64,000 nt of DNA, from IMG/VR virus record IMGVR_UViG_3300022468_000539, positions 30,703-94,702 of that record; one strand, written 5' to 3'. The translations under genes were made by a program, and so were the position numbers. The notes below the pieces were generated by a model. That model was not told the DNA's origin and made no database searches. It saw only the letters and a program-made list of their open reading frames with translations. This document shows, in pieces, positions 8,980-17,671 of the stretch. The stretch is from a virus (lineage: Duplodnaviria > Heunggongvirae > Uroviricota > Caudoviricetes). Position 1 is the first letter of the stretch. Each line of letters opens with the position of its first letter.

Positions 8980-9056
8980 GCGACCATAGCTCAATTGGAT
9001 AGAGTTACTGTCTTCTACACAGTCTGTTGGGGGTTCGAATCCCTCTGGTCGCACCA
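8980..9056 (+). tRNA. tRNA-Arg (TCT)
   Basis: Acceptor GCGACCA/TGGTCGC; anticodon loop CTTCTAC; T-arm GGGGG-TTCGAAT-CCCTC; CCA encoded. Confidence 0.8.
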
Positions 9057-9068
9057 ATCAAAAATATT

Positions 9069-9398
9069 ATGACAAAACATCTGTATAGATTTGTTGATTC
9101 TGATTATGGAATTGATCCCATTATTGAGAAATTTCCAATCATCAAAGAAACCCCTTGCGCGTATTGGATTGACCGTTCATACAATGAGCCAAAACTTGTC
9201 TATAAAAATTCCACTCGTGGTTTTGCCAAGCAAACAATCGAAGAAGCTATGGAGAGCTATTATCGAAGAAAATTGCGACAACTATCTATTTTGAATAGTC
9301 ATGTTTCTCGTGTGGAGAGTATTCTTGAAGAAATCAAGACAAAAGAGCAGCGTGGCGATATTGTCAATAAATCATTAGAAAGAGTCAAAGAATGGTAA
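9069..9398 (+). CDS. hypothetical protein
   Basis: The ORF-track start at 9027 overlaps tRNA-Arg, so the internal ATG at 9069 was used. Confidence 0.4.
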   Translation: MTKHLYRFVDSDYGIDPIIEKFPIIKETPCAYWIDRSYNEPKLVYKNSTRGFAKQTIEEAMESYYRRKLRQLSILNSHVSRVESILEEIKTKEQRGDIVNKSLERVKEW

Positions 9399-9679
9399 GA
9401 ATTCTTCATAGTTCATTTGCGGGTTCATACTATCAAGAGTGTACAATTGTTGATCATGTCAAGTTTGACCCTGTAAAACACGGAAGTGACTTGAATAAGG
9501 TTATGATTGCCTTCGGTTATAGTAAAGCAGAAGATCACCCACACTTCGATAAAGATGGTGTCATTGTTTCATATTATGATGATGTTTTGGGTGAGTCTGT
9601 AGAACAATGGGTGGAGTTCAGTCGAATAGAAACCATGCGTGATGGGAGTGGTTTAGCTCGGTTTAACAAGGTGGATTGA
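9392..9679 (+). CDS. hypothetical protein
   Basis: 95-aa ORF. Confidence 0.4.
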   Translation: MVRILHSSFAGSYYQECTIVDHVKFDPVKHGSDLNKVMIAFGYSKAEDHPHFDKDGVIVSYYDDVLGESVEQWVEFSRIETMRDGSGLARFNKVD

Positions 9680-10023
9680 AAATGAGTAATCTGAAACTGT
9701 ATATCGCGGTTCTAGACGAGTTTCCAGACTATATGACACCTACCCTAGTGGCACATGCTGTTCTCGCTGCAGATCGCGAATTTGTAGGAACCAAACTGTA
9801 TGAACAATGGTTTGCTGATTCATTTAAGAAAGTTGTTGTTCGGGTCAACCAAAAAGAGTTTGACAAGATTAGTCAACTATTTGGTGTGCATCTGGCGCAC
9901 GAAAACAAGACACTTGGCGGTAAGAAAGCATGTGCTGTTGTATGCCCTCGCGAAGATGTGCCCAATGTATTGAAATTTGCTAAGACTTGGAAACCACTTC
10001 CGGCATCTAGTGAGGTCAGCTAA
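9676..10023 (+). CDS. hypothetical protein
   Basis: 115-aa ORF. Confidence 0.4.
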   Translation: MKMSNLKLYIAVLDEFPDYMTPTLVAHAVLAADREFVGTKLYEQWFADSFKKVVVRVNQKEFDKISQLFGVHLAHENKTLGGKKACAVVCPREDVPNVLKFAKTWKPLPASSEVS

Positions 10024-10109
10024 AGGTTAAGCTGTTGCCCTCGATATCAGAAAAAGGCGTCACTGATTGGCAACAAATTTTTGGTTCGATTCCAAAATCT
10101 CATACAAAC

Positions 10110-10149
10110 CGTGTTATAATTCAGTCATCGAAATTCAAAAGGTGGTCTT
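10110..10149 (+). promoter_or_regulatory. early promoter-leader cassette (CGTGTTATAAT TCAGTCATCGAAATTCAAAAGGTGGTCTT)
   Basis: Near-identical to the copy at 10725. Confidence 0.55.
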
Positions 10150-10368
10150 ATGAAAAATACAAAATACTTTTGGAAAGAAGTTCCACTCAAAGCTGATATT
10201 GAGCGGCACCGTAAACAAGAAAAAGAAATTCAAGATAAGATTGACTTGCTTGAGTCGATTGTTGAACCAACAGAAATGCAATTGAGAACACTTGCTACAT
10301 ATCGAAATTTTATGTATCAACTGCAACTGTCTAAAGCAGAAGTTGTTTCTAAGATTGGTAAGAAATGA
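10150..10368 (+). CDS. hypothetical protein
   Basis: 72-aa ORF. Confidence 0.4.
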   Translation: MKNTKYFWKEVPLKADIERHRKQEKEIQDKIDLLESIVEPTEMQLRTLATYRNFMYQLQLSKAEVVSKIGKK

Positions 10369-10721
10369 CACCACTGAATAAATCTTTTATTGGTGCCGCG
10401 AACACCAAACGTGCAAGTCTAAACGCTATCTTGATTCGCTCAAAAATTGACAAAATTGTCTATCCATCGTTCCATTTAGTGGAACGTATGGTTGAGCGAA
10501 ATATTGATGTTGTCGATGTTGCACGGATGACTGTGCCAATTGTCAAATACTTTCGAGAAACCACATTCAACGACAGAAGCTGTTTAGTTCTGTGGCGCGA
10601 CCTGAAGCTGGCGGCTGACATTCGGATTGGAACCGTTACTGGTAAACGTTCGATTATTTTGAAAACCATTGTTGATGATGTTTCTCGAAAAACTTTTGAT
10701 GAAACGTTCAAAATCGAATAA
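10365..10721 (+). CDS. hypothetical protein
   Basis: 118-aa ORF. Confidence 0.4.
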   Translation: MTPLNKSFIGAANTKRASLNAILIRSKIDKIVYPSFHLVERMVERNIDVVDVARMTVPIVKYFRETTFNDRSCLVLWRDLKLAADIRIGTVTGKRSIILKTIVDDVSRKTFDETFKIE

Positions 10722-10724
10722 AAC

Positions 10725-10765
10725 CGTGTTATAATTCAGTCATCGAAATTCAAAAGGTAAACAAA
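10725..10765 (+). promoter_or_regulatory. early promoter-leader cassette
   Basis: CGTGTTATAATTCAGTCATCGAAATTCAAAAGGTAAACAAA-ATG. Confidence 0.55.
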
Positions 10766-11002
10766 ATGACTACATTCATCACTTCTTACAGCCAGTTGAA
10801 CAATGGTGATCGTATTTCTTATGAATCTAATTGTGGTACACTAACTGCCACTGTGAGTCACATTCGAATCGGTAAGAATGGTCTTGGTAAGATGGTTCCA
10901 TTTTTGGGCCTGAATGTTGATGCAAAGAATGGTCGCAAGGCACATCGGCTTGAATTGCTTGGTGGTAATTCTTTGCCTATGTACAGAATTCAGAAACTGT
11001 GA
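10766..11002 (+). CDS. hypothetical protein
   Basis: 78-aa ORF. Confidence 0.4.
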   Translation: MTTFITSYSQLNNGDRISYESNCGTLTATVSHIRIGKNGLGKMVPFLGLNVDAKNGRKAHRLELLGGNSLPMYRIQKL

Positions 11003-11017
11003 TAGAATAAAGAAAAC

Positions 11018-11092
11018 GCACCAAGTCATCTAGAGGCAAGGATACGTACCCGTCTTGTGGTCGCAACGTAGGTTCGAATCCTACCTTGGTGC
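11018..11092 (+). tRNA. tRNA-like gene with an 8-bp His-type acceptor stem (GCACCAAG/CTTGGTGC), good D- and T-arms, non-canonical anticodon arm (possible pseudogene)
   Basis: T-arm GTAGG-TTCGAAT-CCTAC. The anticodon region CGTACCCGTCTTGTGGT does not fold canonically. No CCA. Confidence 0.35.
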
Positions 11093-11125
11093 ATTTAACA
11101 AATTGATAATGAAAAGGAAAATATT

Positions 11126-11773
11126 ATGAGCGAAAAACAATTGATCAGTGTGACACGTGCTTTGGCTTTGTTGAAGCAAACCGACGAGCGTATTCAGCGC
11201 GCAATGAGCGACAAGTTCATTGATGTGTCTGTTGGTAAGGGTAAGAACCGCCGTGTTCAGCGTGGCGGTAGCGATACAGTTGATGTGGTCGAAAAGAACA
11301 TTCAGTCTGCTATCGACTCCGTGCGTGATTTGCTGTCTCGCCGTGCAGCTATCAAGGCAGCTATCGTTGCTTCGAACGCAAAGACTGGCCTGACTGTTGC
11401 CGGTGAATATGTGACTGTGGCAGAAGCTATCGAAATGAAGCGTTCTGTTGAGTTCAAGCGTCAACTGGTTAACGCCATGAAGACACAGTATCTTCAGGCT
11501 AACAATACAGTTGCTACTCTGAATGTGAAGGTGGAAGCAAGTATTGATGCTATCATCAATACCATGATGGCTTCTGATAAATCTACAAAGGTCGATCCTT
11601 CGGTTTTGGCTGCGATTGGTGAACCCCAACGCAATCAAAGTGAAGCAGCTTTGATTGATCCTGCAAATCTGTCTACCTTCATCAAGAAGTTGGAAGACGA
11701 GATTTCCGAGATTGACACCGAACTGGATTTCTTGTTGAGTGAAATCAACGCGAAGACACATATTCTGGTATAA
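11126..11773 (+). CDS. hypothetical coiled-coil protein (215 aa)
   Basis: Good RBS AAAAGGAAAA; Ala/Lys/Glu-rich heptad-like sequence. The 260-aa antisense ORF 11081..11863 is taken as spurious. Confidence 0.5.
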   Translation: MSEKQLISVTRALALLKQTDERIQRAMSDKFIDVSVGKGKNRRVQRGGSDTVDVVEKNIQSAIDSVRDLLSRRAAIKAAIVASNAKTGLTVAGEYVTVAEAIEMKRSVEFKRQLVNAMKTQYLQANNTVATLNVKVEASIDAIINTMMASDKSTKVDPSVLAAIGEPQRNQSEAALIDPANLSTFIKKLEDEISEIDTELDFLLSEINAKTHILV

Positions 11774-12044
11774 ATAACATTTCAACGTCCTAGGTGAACA
11801 GTCTAAGATGACCTTTCGAGCAGAGAGAATCAAAACATCTGCAACTTTGCTTAAAAAGTACAAATTAAATCTGGAACTTCAAAATTCAAAGATCAAAGTT
11901 TATGCTTCAAAGTTTAAGTTTTAAGTTTTAGAATATCATGTTTTAAAATTGAAAGTTAAAAGGTCTTCAAATCCTGATCAACGGTTTTATGGTGCTGGAG
12001 TCGCACCTAGATTGTACCGCAGGCTGCTTAGTGGGGTTGAAATT

Positions 12045-12129
12045 GGGAGAGTGGCGGAATAGGTAGACGCGCCGGTTTAAGAAGCCGGTACCGTAAGGTG
12101 TGCAGGTTCGATTCCTGTCTCTCCCACCA
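12045..12129 (+). tRNA. tRNA-Leu, type II (anticodon loop TTAAGAA; AAG or TAA reading ambiguous)
   Basis: GGGAGAG acceptor; GCG-GAATAGGTAGA-CGC D-arm as in E. coli tRNA-Leu; long variable arm; CCA encoded. Confidence 0.65.
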
Positions 12130-12136
12130 AATTTAT

Positions 12137-12207
12137 GCGGGTAAGCTAGAGGTTAGTCGCCAGCCTTCCAAGCTGTGCAGAGTGGAGTTCGATTCTCCCT
12201 ACCCGCT
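12137..12207 (+). tRNA. tRNA-Gly (TCC)
   Basis: Acceptor GCGGGTA/TACCCGC; anticodon loop CTTCCAA; T-loop TTCGATT; no encoded CCA. Confidence 0.6.
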
Positions 12208-12251
12208 CATGATTATAATAATCAGACATCGAAAATACAAAAGAGGTAATT

Positions 12252-12383
12252 ATGGCAAACCATGGATTCAAATTATGTGGTAATTTTCCATACAAATTTA
12301 TGGCATATTCACCATCCGACCCTTCCAAAATGGGATTGGGTTTCACTGATATGTTATCTGCTCAGAGACACTGTAACAAATGA
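12252..12383 (+). CDS. small hypothetical protein (43 aa)
   Basis: Follows the cassette at 12215 (TGATTATAAT..CATCGAAAATACAAAAGAGGTAATT). Confidence 0.2.
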   Translation: MANHGFKLCGNFPYKFMAYSPSDPSKMGLGFTDMLSAQRHCNK

Positions 12384-12594
12384 ACAGTCTTATTGAAACT
12401 GAGCCGGAAATATTTGATGTGCAGCATTGGGGTACTGATAAACCAGAAAAGTGGATTGCAGAACAATTACCGTGAATAAGAGTTCGCATAGCACGATATG
12501 GTGATTATGCGAAAAGTTCCTCAAAAATTCATGTAGAACTGGCAAAATCTATGTTATAATTCATTCATCAAAAACACAAACGAGGTAACGAATT

Positions 12595-12966
12595 ATGGCC
12601 TACATGTCTCAACAACAAAAAGCTGCTATGTCTCCCGCTATCAAGGCTGTGCTGAAGAAGTACAATATGAAGGGTACTATTGCAGTTCAACATAAGTCTA
12701 CTCTTGTTGTGAATATCAAATCCGGTAAACTAGATGTGATGGGTGAAACAACAGGTTGCCAAGGTCGCAAATATATTAGCATCAACCCTTACTACCTGAA
12801 AAATAATCATCAAGGTGACACATACTTCTTTTTGAAAGAGTTGATTGCTGTTATGAATGATGGTAACTACGACAACAGTGATGTCCAGACAGACTATTTT
12901 GACACTGGTTGGTATGTTTCTGTTAACATCGGCTCTTGGGACAAACCTTACACTGTGGTGGCTTGA
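12595..12966 (+). CDS. hypothetical protein
   Basis: Follows the cassette at 12550; 123 aa. Confidence 0.45.
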   Translation: MAYMSQQQKAAMSPAIKAVLKKYNMKGTIAVQHKSTLVVNIKSGKLDVMGETTGCQGRKYISINPYYLKNNHQGDTYFFLKELIAVMNDGNYDNSDVQTDYFDTGWYVSVNIGSWDKPYTVVA

Positions 12967-12968
12967 TC

Positions 12969-13139
12969 ATGGCAAATCAGTACAAATCCAAAACAGAAGC
13001 TGAACTGAGGTTCATCATCAAAGATGCTGGTGAAGCAGCTAAGTGTATGCGGGATATCAATCCTGCTGCAGAAGCAAAATATCTTGATCAGGTGAATGAC
13101 GCCTGTAGTGAACTTTATCGTAGAAAGAACAAGAAATGA
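12969..13139 (+). CDS. hypothetical protein
   Basis: ATG 2 nt after the previous stop; the ORF-track start at 12936 overlaps upstream. Confidence 0.3.
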   Translation: MANQYKSKTEAELRFIIKDAGEAAKCMRDINPAAEAKYLDQVNDACSELYRRKNKK

Positions 13140-13459
13140 TTAGTGCAAAAGAAGCCAAAGAACTATACGACAACTCTGGTGCTGAAGTTGAGGATTTTCT
13201 GGCAAAAACTGTCGAGCCTGCGGTTATTAAAGCAGCCAGGGGTGGTAAGCGACAAGCCACTATTCATATTGGTTGTCAACGTGCCAGTATGCCTTATGAA
13301 ATAAAGTCACTGGATAGTAATGTTCTCGCTAAATTGCGAAATCTTGGATATACTGCTGGAATTCAATGGATTGATGAAGAATATGTACCAAGAGGTCTGC
13401 AAGATGATAACGGTAAAGGTACACTCCATCGTAACTATGGCTATCTCATTAAGTGGTAA
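13136..13459 (+). CDS. hypothetical protein
   Basis: 107-aa ORF. Confidence 0.4.
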   Translation: MISAKEAKELYDNSGAEVEDFLAKTVEPAVIKAARGGKRQATIHIGCQRASMPYEIKSLDSNVLAKLRNLGYTAGIQWIDEEYVPRGLQDDNGKGTLHRNYGYLIKW

Positions 13460-13461
13460 TT

Positions 13462-13932
13462 ATGAAAGTTTTTAAATCTCCCCAAGATACAAGTAACGTA
13501 AAAGATAGTGATTTTTCTATCTTTTTGGCAGGCTCTATTGAAATGGGCGTTGCTGAAGACTGGCAGACTCGACTCACTACCGCAATAGCTCTAGGTGGTA
13601 TTGAAATTACCATTTTTAATCCTCGTCGCGATGATTGGGATTCGTCATGGGTTCAAAGTATTCATGACAAGCAGTTTAATCAGCAAGTGACATGGGAAAT
13701 TGATCATTTGCTACAATCATCATTTATCGTTTTTTACTTTGATCCAAACACTAAATCACCTATCACTTTAATGGAGTTAGGATTGATAGCAGGCCAGTGT
13801 CGGGATGCTGTTGTTTGTTGTCCAGACGGTTTTTGGCGCAAAGGTAACGTGGAAATGATTTGTGACCGTTTCAATATTCCTATGGTTGAAAGTTTGGAAG
13901 AGCTTATTCAGTATGTGAAGCAAATTGTATGA
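13462..13932 (+). CDS. nucleoside 2-deoxyribosyltransferase-like protein (SLOG superfamily)
   Basis: FLAGSIEMG...DW and SPITLMELGLIAG motifs typical of the Nuc_deoxyri_tr2/DUF4406 family. Confidence 0.45.
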   Translation: MKVFKSPQDTSNVKDSDFSIFLAGSIEMGVAEDWQTRLTTAIALGGIEITIFNPRRDDWDSSWVQSIHDKQFNQQVTWEIDHLLQSSFIVFYFDPNTKSPITLMELGLIAGQCRDAVVCCPDGFWRKGNVEMICDRFNIPMVESLEELIQYVKQIV

Positions 13933-14720
13933 AATTTGTAATTCAACACAACCTTATCAATAAGCAATCACTCGAAAAGATTAGGAAGGCCACAGAGCAT
14001 CTTCCTGTTGTTTGGGTAGGTGCTATACCATTCTCTGAAGAAATCGCTTCTAACGATGAACTGGAGGGTCTGGAGTACATTCCTTATGGCTCGAACCTTC
14101 TGGCGCGTGTAGCAGCTAAAAGAGGCTGGAAAGGTCTACATCATGATCTTACAAAGCTGAACTATCGCAACTTTGTTGAACATCGTGCCGATATGCTGAA
14201 TTGTAATGTCATGTCTGCGGAGAGAGTTGTTGACTTTTTGGAAGTTGTCAATGGAATTCCATGGCCCAAAGAATATTTCATTCGGCCTAGTCTAGATGAC
14301 AAGCAATTCTCCGGTACAGTCATGGAACCGAAAGAAATCATTGAGTGGTTTAAATCGATGATGGAGAGTGGGCCGGGCAGCTACTACATGTCTCCAGAGA
14401 CAGATATTGTTATTGCTCTACCAAAGAAAATTCAAGCCGAGTGGCGATGGTTCATTGTTGGTGGTAAGATTATTTCTGGCTCCATGTATCGTGCCCATGA
14501 TCAGATGCAGTTGAAACAAGAAACCGACATCGAAGTCATTAAAGAAGCGCAAGCACTTGCAGACGTTTGGTTGCCATGCGATTGTGTCGTGATGGATACA
14601 GCCTTAGTTGATGACAAGGTTTATGTGTTGGAGTTTAACAACATTAACTCCAGTGGTTTTTATGAACACGATATTGGCGCGGTTTTTAACGCACTGTACG
14701 GATATCATACTAAACTGTGA
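13929..14720 (+). CDS. ATP-grasp domain protein (phage DUF4343-like)
   Basis: C-terminal RWFIVGGKIISGSMYR...VLEFNNINSSGF resembles the ATP-grasp fold. Confidence 0.45.
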   Translation: MKFVIQHNLINKQSLEKIRKATEHLPVVWVGAIPFSEEIASNDELEGLEYIPYGSNLLARVAAKRGWKGLHHDLTKLNYRNFVEHRADMLNCNVMSAERVVDFLEVVNGIPWPKEYFIRPSLDDKQFSGTVMEPKEIIEWFKSMMESGPGSYYMSPETDIVIALPKKIQAEWRWFIVGGKIISGSMYRAHDQMQLKQETDIEVIKEAQALADVWLPCDCVVMDTALVDDKVYVLEFNNINSSGFYEHDIGAVFNALYGYHTKL

Positions 14721-14773
14721 TACAATAATAGTTCGAAATCGAAAGGACAACATGACATTTGAAGTGACACCAT

Positions 14774-14941
14774 ATGGATAACTCAAAAAAAGTACCCATG
14801 AAACCAGAATTCGAAAAATTCTGGAAAGAAGCCCATAAATCGGGAGGCATTATTCATACTTTTGAGTTGAATAAGTTTGCTGAATTGGTTTGGGAAGCTG
14901 GATTTAAAGCTGGTGCAAAAGAAAAAAATAATAATGGCTAA
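14774..14941 (+). CDS. small hypothetical protein (55 aa)
   Basis: Downstream of the cassette-like promoter at 14716 (TGTGATACAAT). Confidence 0.25.
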   Translation: MDNSKKVPMKPEFEKFWKEAHKSGGIIHTFELNKFAELVWEAGFKAGAKEKNNNG

Positions 14942-14958
14942 AGCAATACGAATGGAGT

Positions 14959-15387
14959 TTGAAAATGAGTAAAGAAGTAGAAAAATTGACCCCTATGCAA
15001 GAAGAGTTGTTGAGTCGCGCAGATAGCATTTTTGCTACTATGAAAGAAGCTGCTATGGCAGCTAAAGACTTTGCGATGGATCAATTGCCTGATATTGTTC
15101 ATCAGTTGATCGTGTTCGAGCGTGTCTACTTGACATGTATTGTATTAGCTCCAATTATTTTATTGCCACTATTCATCGCACTGTGGTTTAAAACAACAAA
15201 AATAGATGCTTACGAAAATGATGGTATTATAATTTTATTTGGTGCAGGTACCATAATGCTTGGTGTATCATCGTTTTTGGCATTTATATCTATGTTAGCC
15301 AATTTTAAATCGTTTCTGATGGTTTGGTTTGCTCCTAAGATTTATCTGATCCAGTATTTGACTGAACTGTTGAAGAAAGCGACTTGA
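14959..15387 (+). CDS. hypothetical membrane protein
   Basis: Three hydrophobic segments. Confidence 0.45.
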   Translation: MKMSKEVEKLTPMQEELLSRADSIFATMKEAAMAAKDFAMDQLPDIVHQLIVFERVYLTCIVLAPIILLPLFIALWFKTTKIDAYENDGIIILFGAGTIMLGVSSFLAFISMLANFKSFLMVWFAPKIYLIQYLTELLKKAT

Positions 15388-15578
15388 TATGACATTGCGT
15401 AAATTACGGAAACTTCGAAGCAATCGTGCTGGATGGAACCACTTTTTTATGCAGTCATGTCAATTTTTAAGCGTCTTCGGTGTGGATGATAAACAAAAAT
15501 ATCCCATTTTGACAGTCGGGTGGCGAGAATTGAAAGACTTGTGATATAATACAGCTATCGAAAACAAAAGGTAAAATT

Positions 15579-15728
15579 ATGGCAAATTTAAAAATTGTTA
15601 AGACTTATGTAACAAACAGCAAAGGCACTATGAAAGTTGCTTGGAACGTGGTTGAAAATGATGGTTTTGTTGTGGAAACATTCAGTCTGAAGCGCGATGC
15701 AGCAAAGTGGCTGAAAAATACAAAGTGA
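15579..15728 (+). CDS. small hypothetical protein (49 aa)
   Basis: Follows the cassette at 15539 (TTGTGATATAAT ACAGCTATCGAAAACAAAAGGTAAAATT). Confidence 0.3.
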   Translation: MANLKIVKTYVTNSKGTMKVAWNVVENDGFVVETFSLKRDAAKWLKNTK

Positions 15729-15736
15729 GTCAAACA

Positions 15737-15904
15737 TGAAATACGATGGAACATTTGAAGATTTTGTCAATGAAGCACTCCGCGCTGCGTTTGATGGTTT
15801 GATCACCGGTGGAACAAAGGGTATGAAAACTGTCATCTACCAGTATATCAATATCGCTGTCCAACTTGGTCGTGACGGTTCTCAGTTCAAGACTCGGGAT
15901 TGAG
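15737..15904 (+). CDS. small hypothetical protein (55 aa)
   Basis: ATG 8 nt after the previous stop. Confidence 0.3.
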
Positions 15905-16085
15905 TATGAAAGCTATATATGGAATTTTGAATGCTATTTTTAGTATAATTTTAATAGCTGCTTTCTATACATTTACATTTTTCTGTTATGTATTGGAAGA
16001 AACAAAACGTACATACTATACTGTTTTTGGGATTCCCTATTACACATTCAATGATAAAATGCATAATTACTACAAAAGAAAATGA
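15900..16085 (+). CDS. small hydrophobic protein
   Basis: 61-aa ORF with one TM-like segment. Confidence 0.3.
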   Translation: MSMKAIYGILNAIFSIILIAAFYTFTFFCYVLEETKRTYYTVFGIPYYTFNDKMHNYYKRK

Positions 16086-16117
16086 TATTTGTATGAAATC
16101 CGTGCTATAATAGCACA

Positions 16118-16600
16118 ACAGCAATTAATGATCGAGTTGATTGCTGATAAGTTCTTTAGAAATTACTGTTGGAGGTAGGCTTAGAAGTAGCCATTCTGAT
16201 ACAAGAAAGGTATTACCGAATTAAGTTAGGGTAAGGTTTCTCAAGGTCAGACGCAAGTTAGATGATTCTCATATGAGGATTCTCGTAGTCAACAAGGTAA
16301 GGAAAACTGACTGACTTGTGCCTTTAAAGAGTCGAACAATAGCATGATTGTGACATCTACAATTCTTAGAAGGGCATCAATAAGAATTGGAATTCAAAAG
16401 TGTTTCTGGTGAATATGGGGAAGATCGGAAACATCAGCAAATCAACTTTCGCGGGTTGATGAAGCAATGGGGTAGCGCCCCTGAGAATTGTTGCACATGG
16501 GCCACTTGGTTAAGTACAGAGGCACCCCAGAAATGGTAAGGCTGAAGTTTCGTTTGGTGTAGAAACGCACAACAGTAATTTCTAAAGAATTTCAAAAACT
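16118..16600 (+). ncRNA. candidate large structured non-coding RNA (~480 nt, ORF-free) between two extended -10 promoters
   Basis: Promoter CGTGCTATAAT at 16103-16111. No ORF longer than 22 aa on either strand. 20-bp terminal inverted repeat 16152-16171/16570-16589. Direct repeat GCACAACAGnAATT at both ends. Internal hairpins such as GGGGTAGCGCCCC. Confidence 0.4.
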
Positions 16601-16616
16601 GTGTTATAATAGCTAT

Positions 16617-16859
16617 ATGAAAATTTTTGAAGTACCAAAAAACGAAGCAGAAATCAAGCGTGGCTTGATTCTTATTGGAATTGAAGGTTCAGAGTTTGAA
16701 GTGGAATCGGTTACAAAACTGATTTCAAAATCATATCCTAGTACAAATTGTTCTGATGTGGGTGATAAAGAAGGTTATGTAATTGAATATTTTTGCATAA
16801 ACCGTTCTGATAAGTCTCATTTTGTTAATCTTTACAAAACAGCAAAATCTGGTTTATAA
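16617..16859 (+). CDS. hypothetical protein (likely leaderless mRNA)
   Basis: ATG only 5 nt after the -10 TATAAT of CTGTGTTATAAT (16602-16612). Confidence 0.4.
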   Translation: MKIFEVPKNEAEIKRGLILIGIEGSEFEVESVTKLISKSYPSTNCSDVGDKEGYVIEYFCINRSDKSHFVNLYKTAKSGL

Positions 16860-16935
16860 TAAGGTGAATATATGCAATTCTTATGAAAAGAGGAAGATAG
16901 TTTGACCGAAGCATTTAACAAAGGAACCTACTGAA

Positions 16936-17184
16936 ATGGAAAATTTCTATACAGTTTGGATTGTCGCCAGTGTCATCACTTTTGTTTTGTACATTTTTGA
17001 TTATCGTCATCGTAGTAGCGTCACGGTAGGTGAAGTTTTTGCGCATATTCTTTTAACAGTGTTGCCGACATCCATCCTCGTTGTTGTGATTGTGGCTGTC
17101 GTCTATGTTTGGGAATCGGCACTCGGTGGGTTTTCAAGAATTAGTGATATTCTTGATCGTGAAATAAAATTGAAGGGTAAATAA
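16936..17184 (+). CDS. small membrane protein
   Basis: Two hydrophobic helices; 82 aa. Confidence 0.4.
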   Translation: MENFYTVWIVASVITFVLYIFDYRHRSSVTVGEVFAHILLTVLPTSILVVVIVAVVYVWESALGGFSRISDILDREIKLKGK

Positions 17185-17223
17185 ATGACACGCTGTTAAA
17201 AGTGTGTTATAATTGAGAGATAC

Positions 17224-17309
17224 GGACAGGTGGGTGAGTGGTTAAAACCAGCAGACTGTAAATTTGCCGCCTAACGGCTACGTAGGTTCGAATCCTACCC
17301 TGTCCACCA
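17224..17309 (+). tRNA. tRNA-Tyr (GTA)
   Basis: Type II; acceptor GGACAGG/CCTGTCC; anticodon loop CTGTAAA; CCA encoded; promoter GTGTGTTATAAT 8 nt upstream. Confidence 0.8.
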
Positions 17310-17360
17310 AAAAGTTTAAGGAGTATAAAATGAACGAAGGTTCAGGATACGCATAAATAG

Positions 17361-17388
17361 TTGACACTCTATAAAAGTGTGATAGAAT
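17361..17388 (+). promoter_or_regulatory. full sigma70-type promoter: TTGACA, 16-nt spacer, TGtGATAGAAT
   Basis: Consensus -35 plus extended -10, about 20 nt upstream of the tRNA at 17409. Confidence 0.55.
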
Positions 17389-17408
17389 TAAGTTTTAGAG
17401 TATTGTGT

Positions 17409-17494
17409 CTGGGATTAGCTCAGTCTGGTCAGAGCACCTGATTTGGATTCAGGAGGCGAAGTCGTATACGTAGGTTCGAATCCTACATCCCAGA
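17409..17494 (+). tRNA. tRNA with Pro anticodon (TGG) but a type-II long variable arm (unusual)
   Basis: Acceptor CTGGGAT/ATCCCAG; D-arm GCTC-AGTCTGGTCA-GAGC; anticodon stem CCTGA/TCAGG; loop TTTGGAT; 16-nt variable hairpin; no CCA. Confidence 0.55.
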
Positions 17495-17594
17495 CACAAT
17501 ACTTTGAAGCGATTTCGGAATGAAATACTGAGTTCGAAATCTAACGGTTGTAAGTGACGATGAAAAACGGAACTTCCATTTTAAAGTTCTTTGT

Positions 17595-17671
17595 CAGTGT
17601 GTAGCTCAGTCTGGTAGAGTACCCTCACTGTTCAAGAGGGTTGTCGCTGGTTCGAATCCATGCCGCACTGA
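17595..17671 (+). tRNA. aberrant tRNA-Asn-like gene (9-nt anticodon loop ACTGTTCAA, bulged T-stem)
   Basis: Acceptor CAGTGTG/CGCACTG; canonical D-arm; anticodon stem CCCTC/GAGGG with loop ACTGTTCAA (compare Asn CUGUUAA). Confidence 0.4.

Noticed and set aside
10030-10110. T-arm-like hairpin TTTTGG-TTCGATT-CCAAAA with GTTGCC..GGCAAC stem
   Set aside because: No acceptor stem or anticodon arm. More likely a terminator or processing hairpin after gene 9676-10023, so not annotated as tRNA.
11081-11863. 260-aa minus-strand ORF
   Set aside because: Fully antisense to a better-supported plus-strand gene (11126-11773) that has a strong RBS. It has unusual Cys/His-rich composition and no start context.
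11870-11950. AAGTTTTA / TCAAAGTTTA short direct repeats
   Set aside because: AT-rich low-complexity spacer, and too short and irregular to call a repeat array or CRISPR.
12098-12346. ORFs 12098-12283 (+) and 12146-12346 (-)
   Set aside because: They cover tRNA-Leu and tRNA-Gly.
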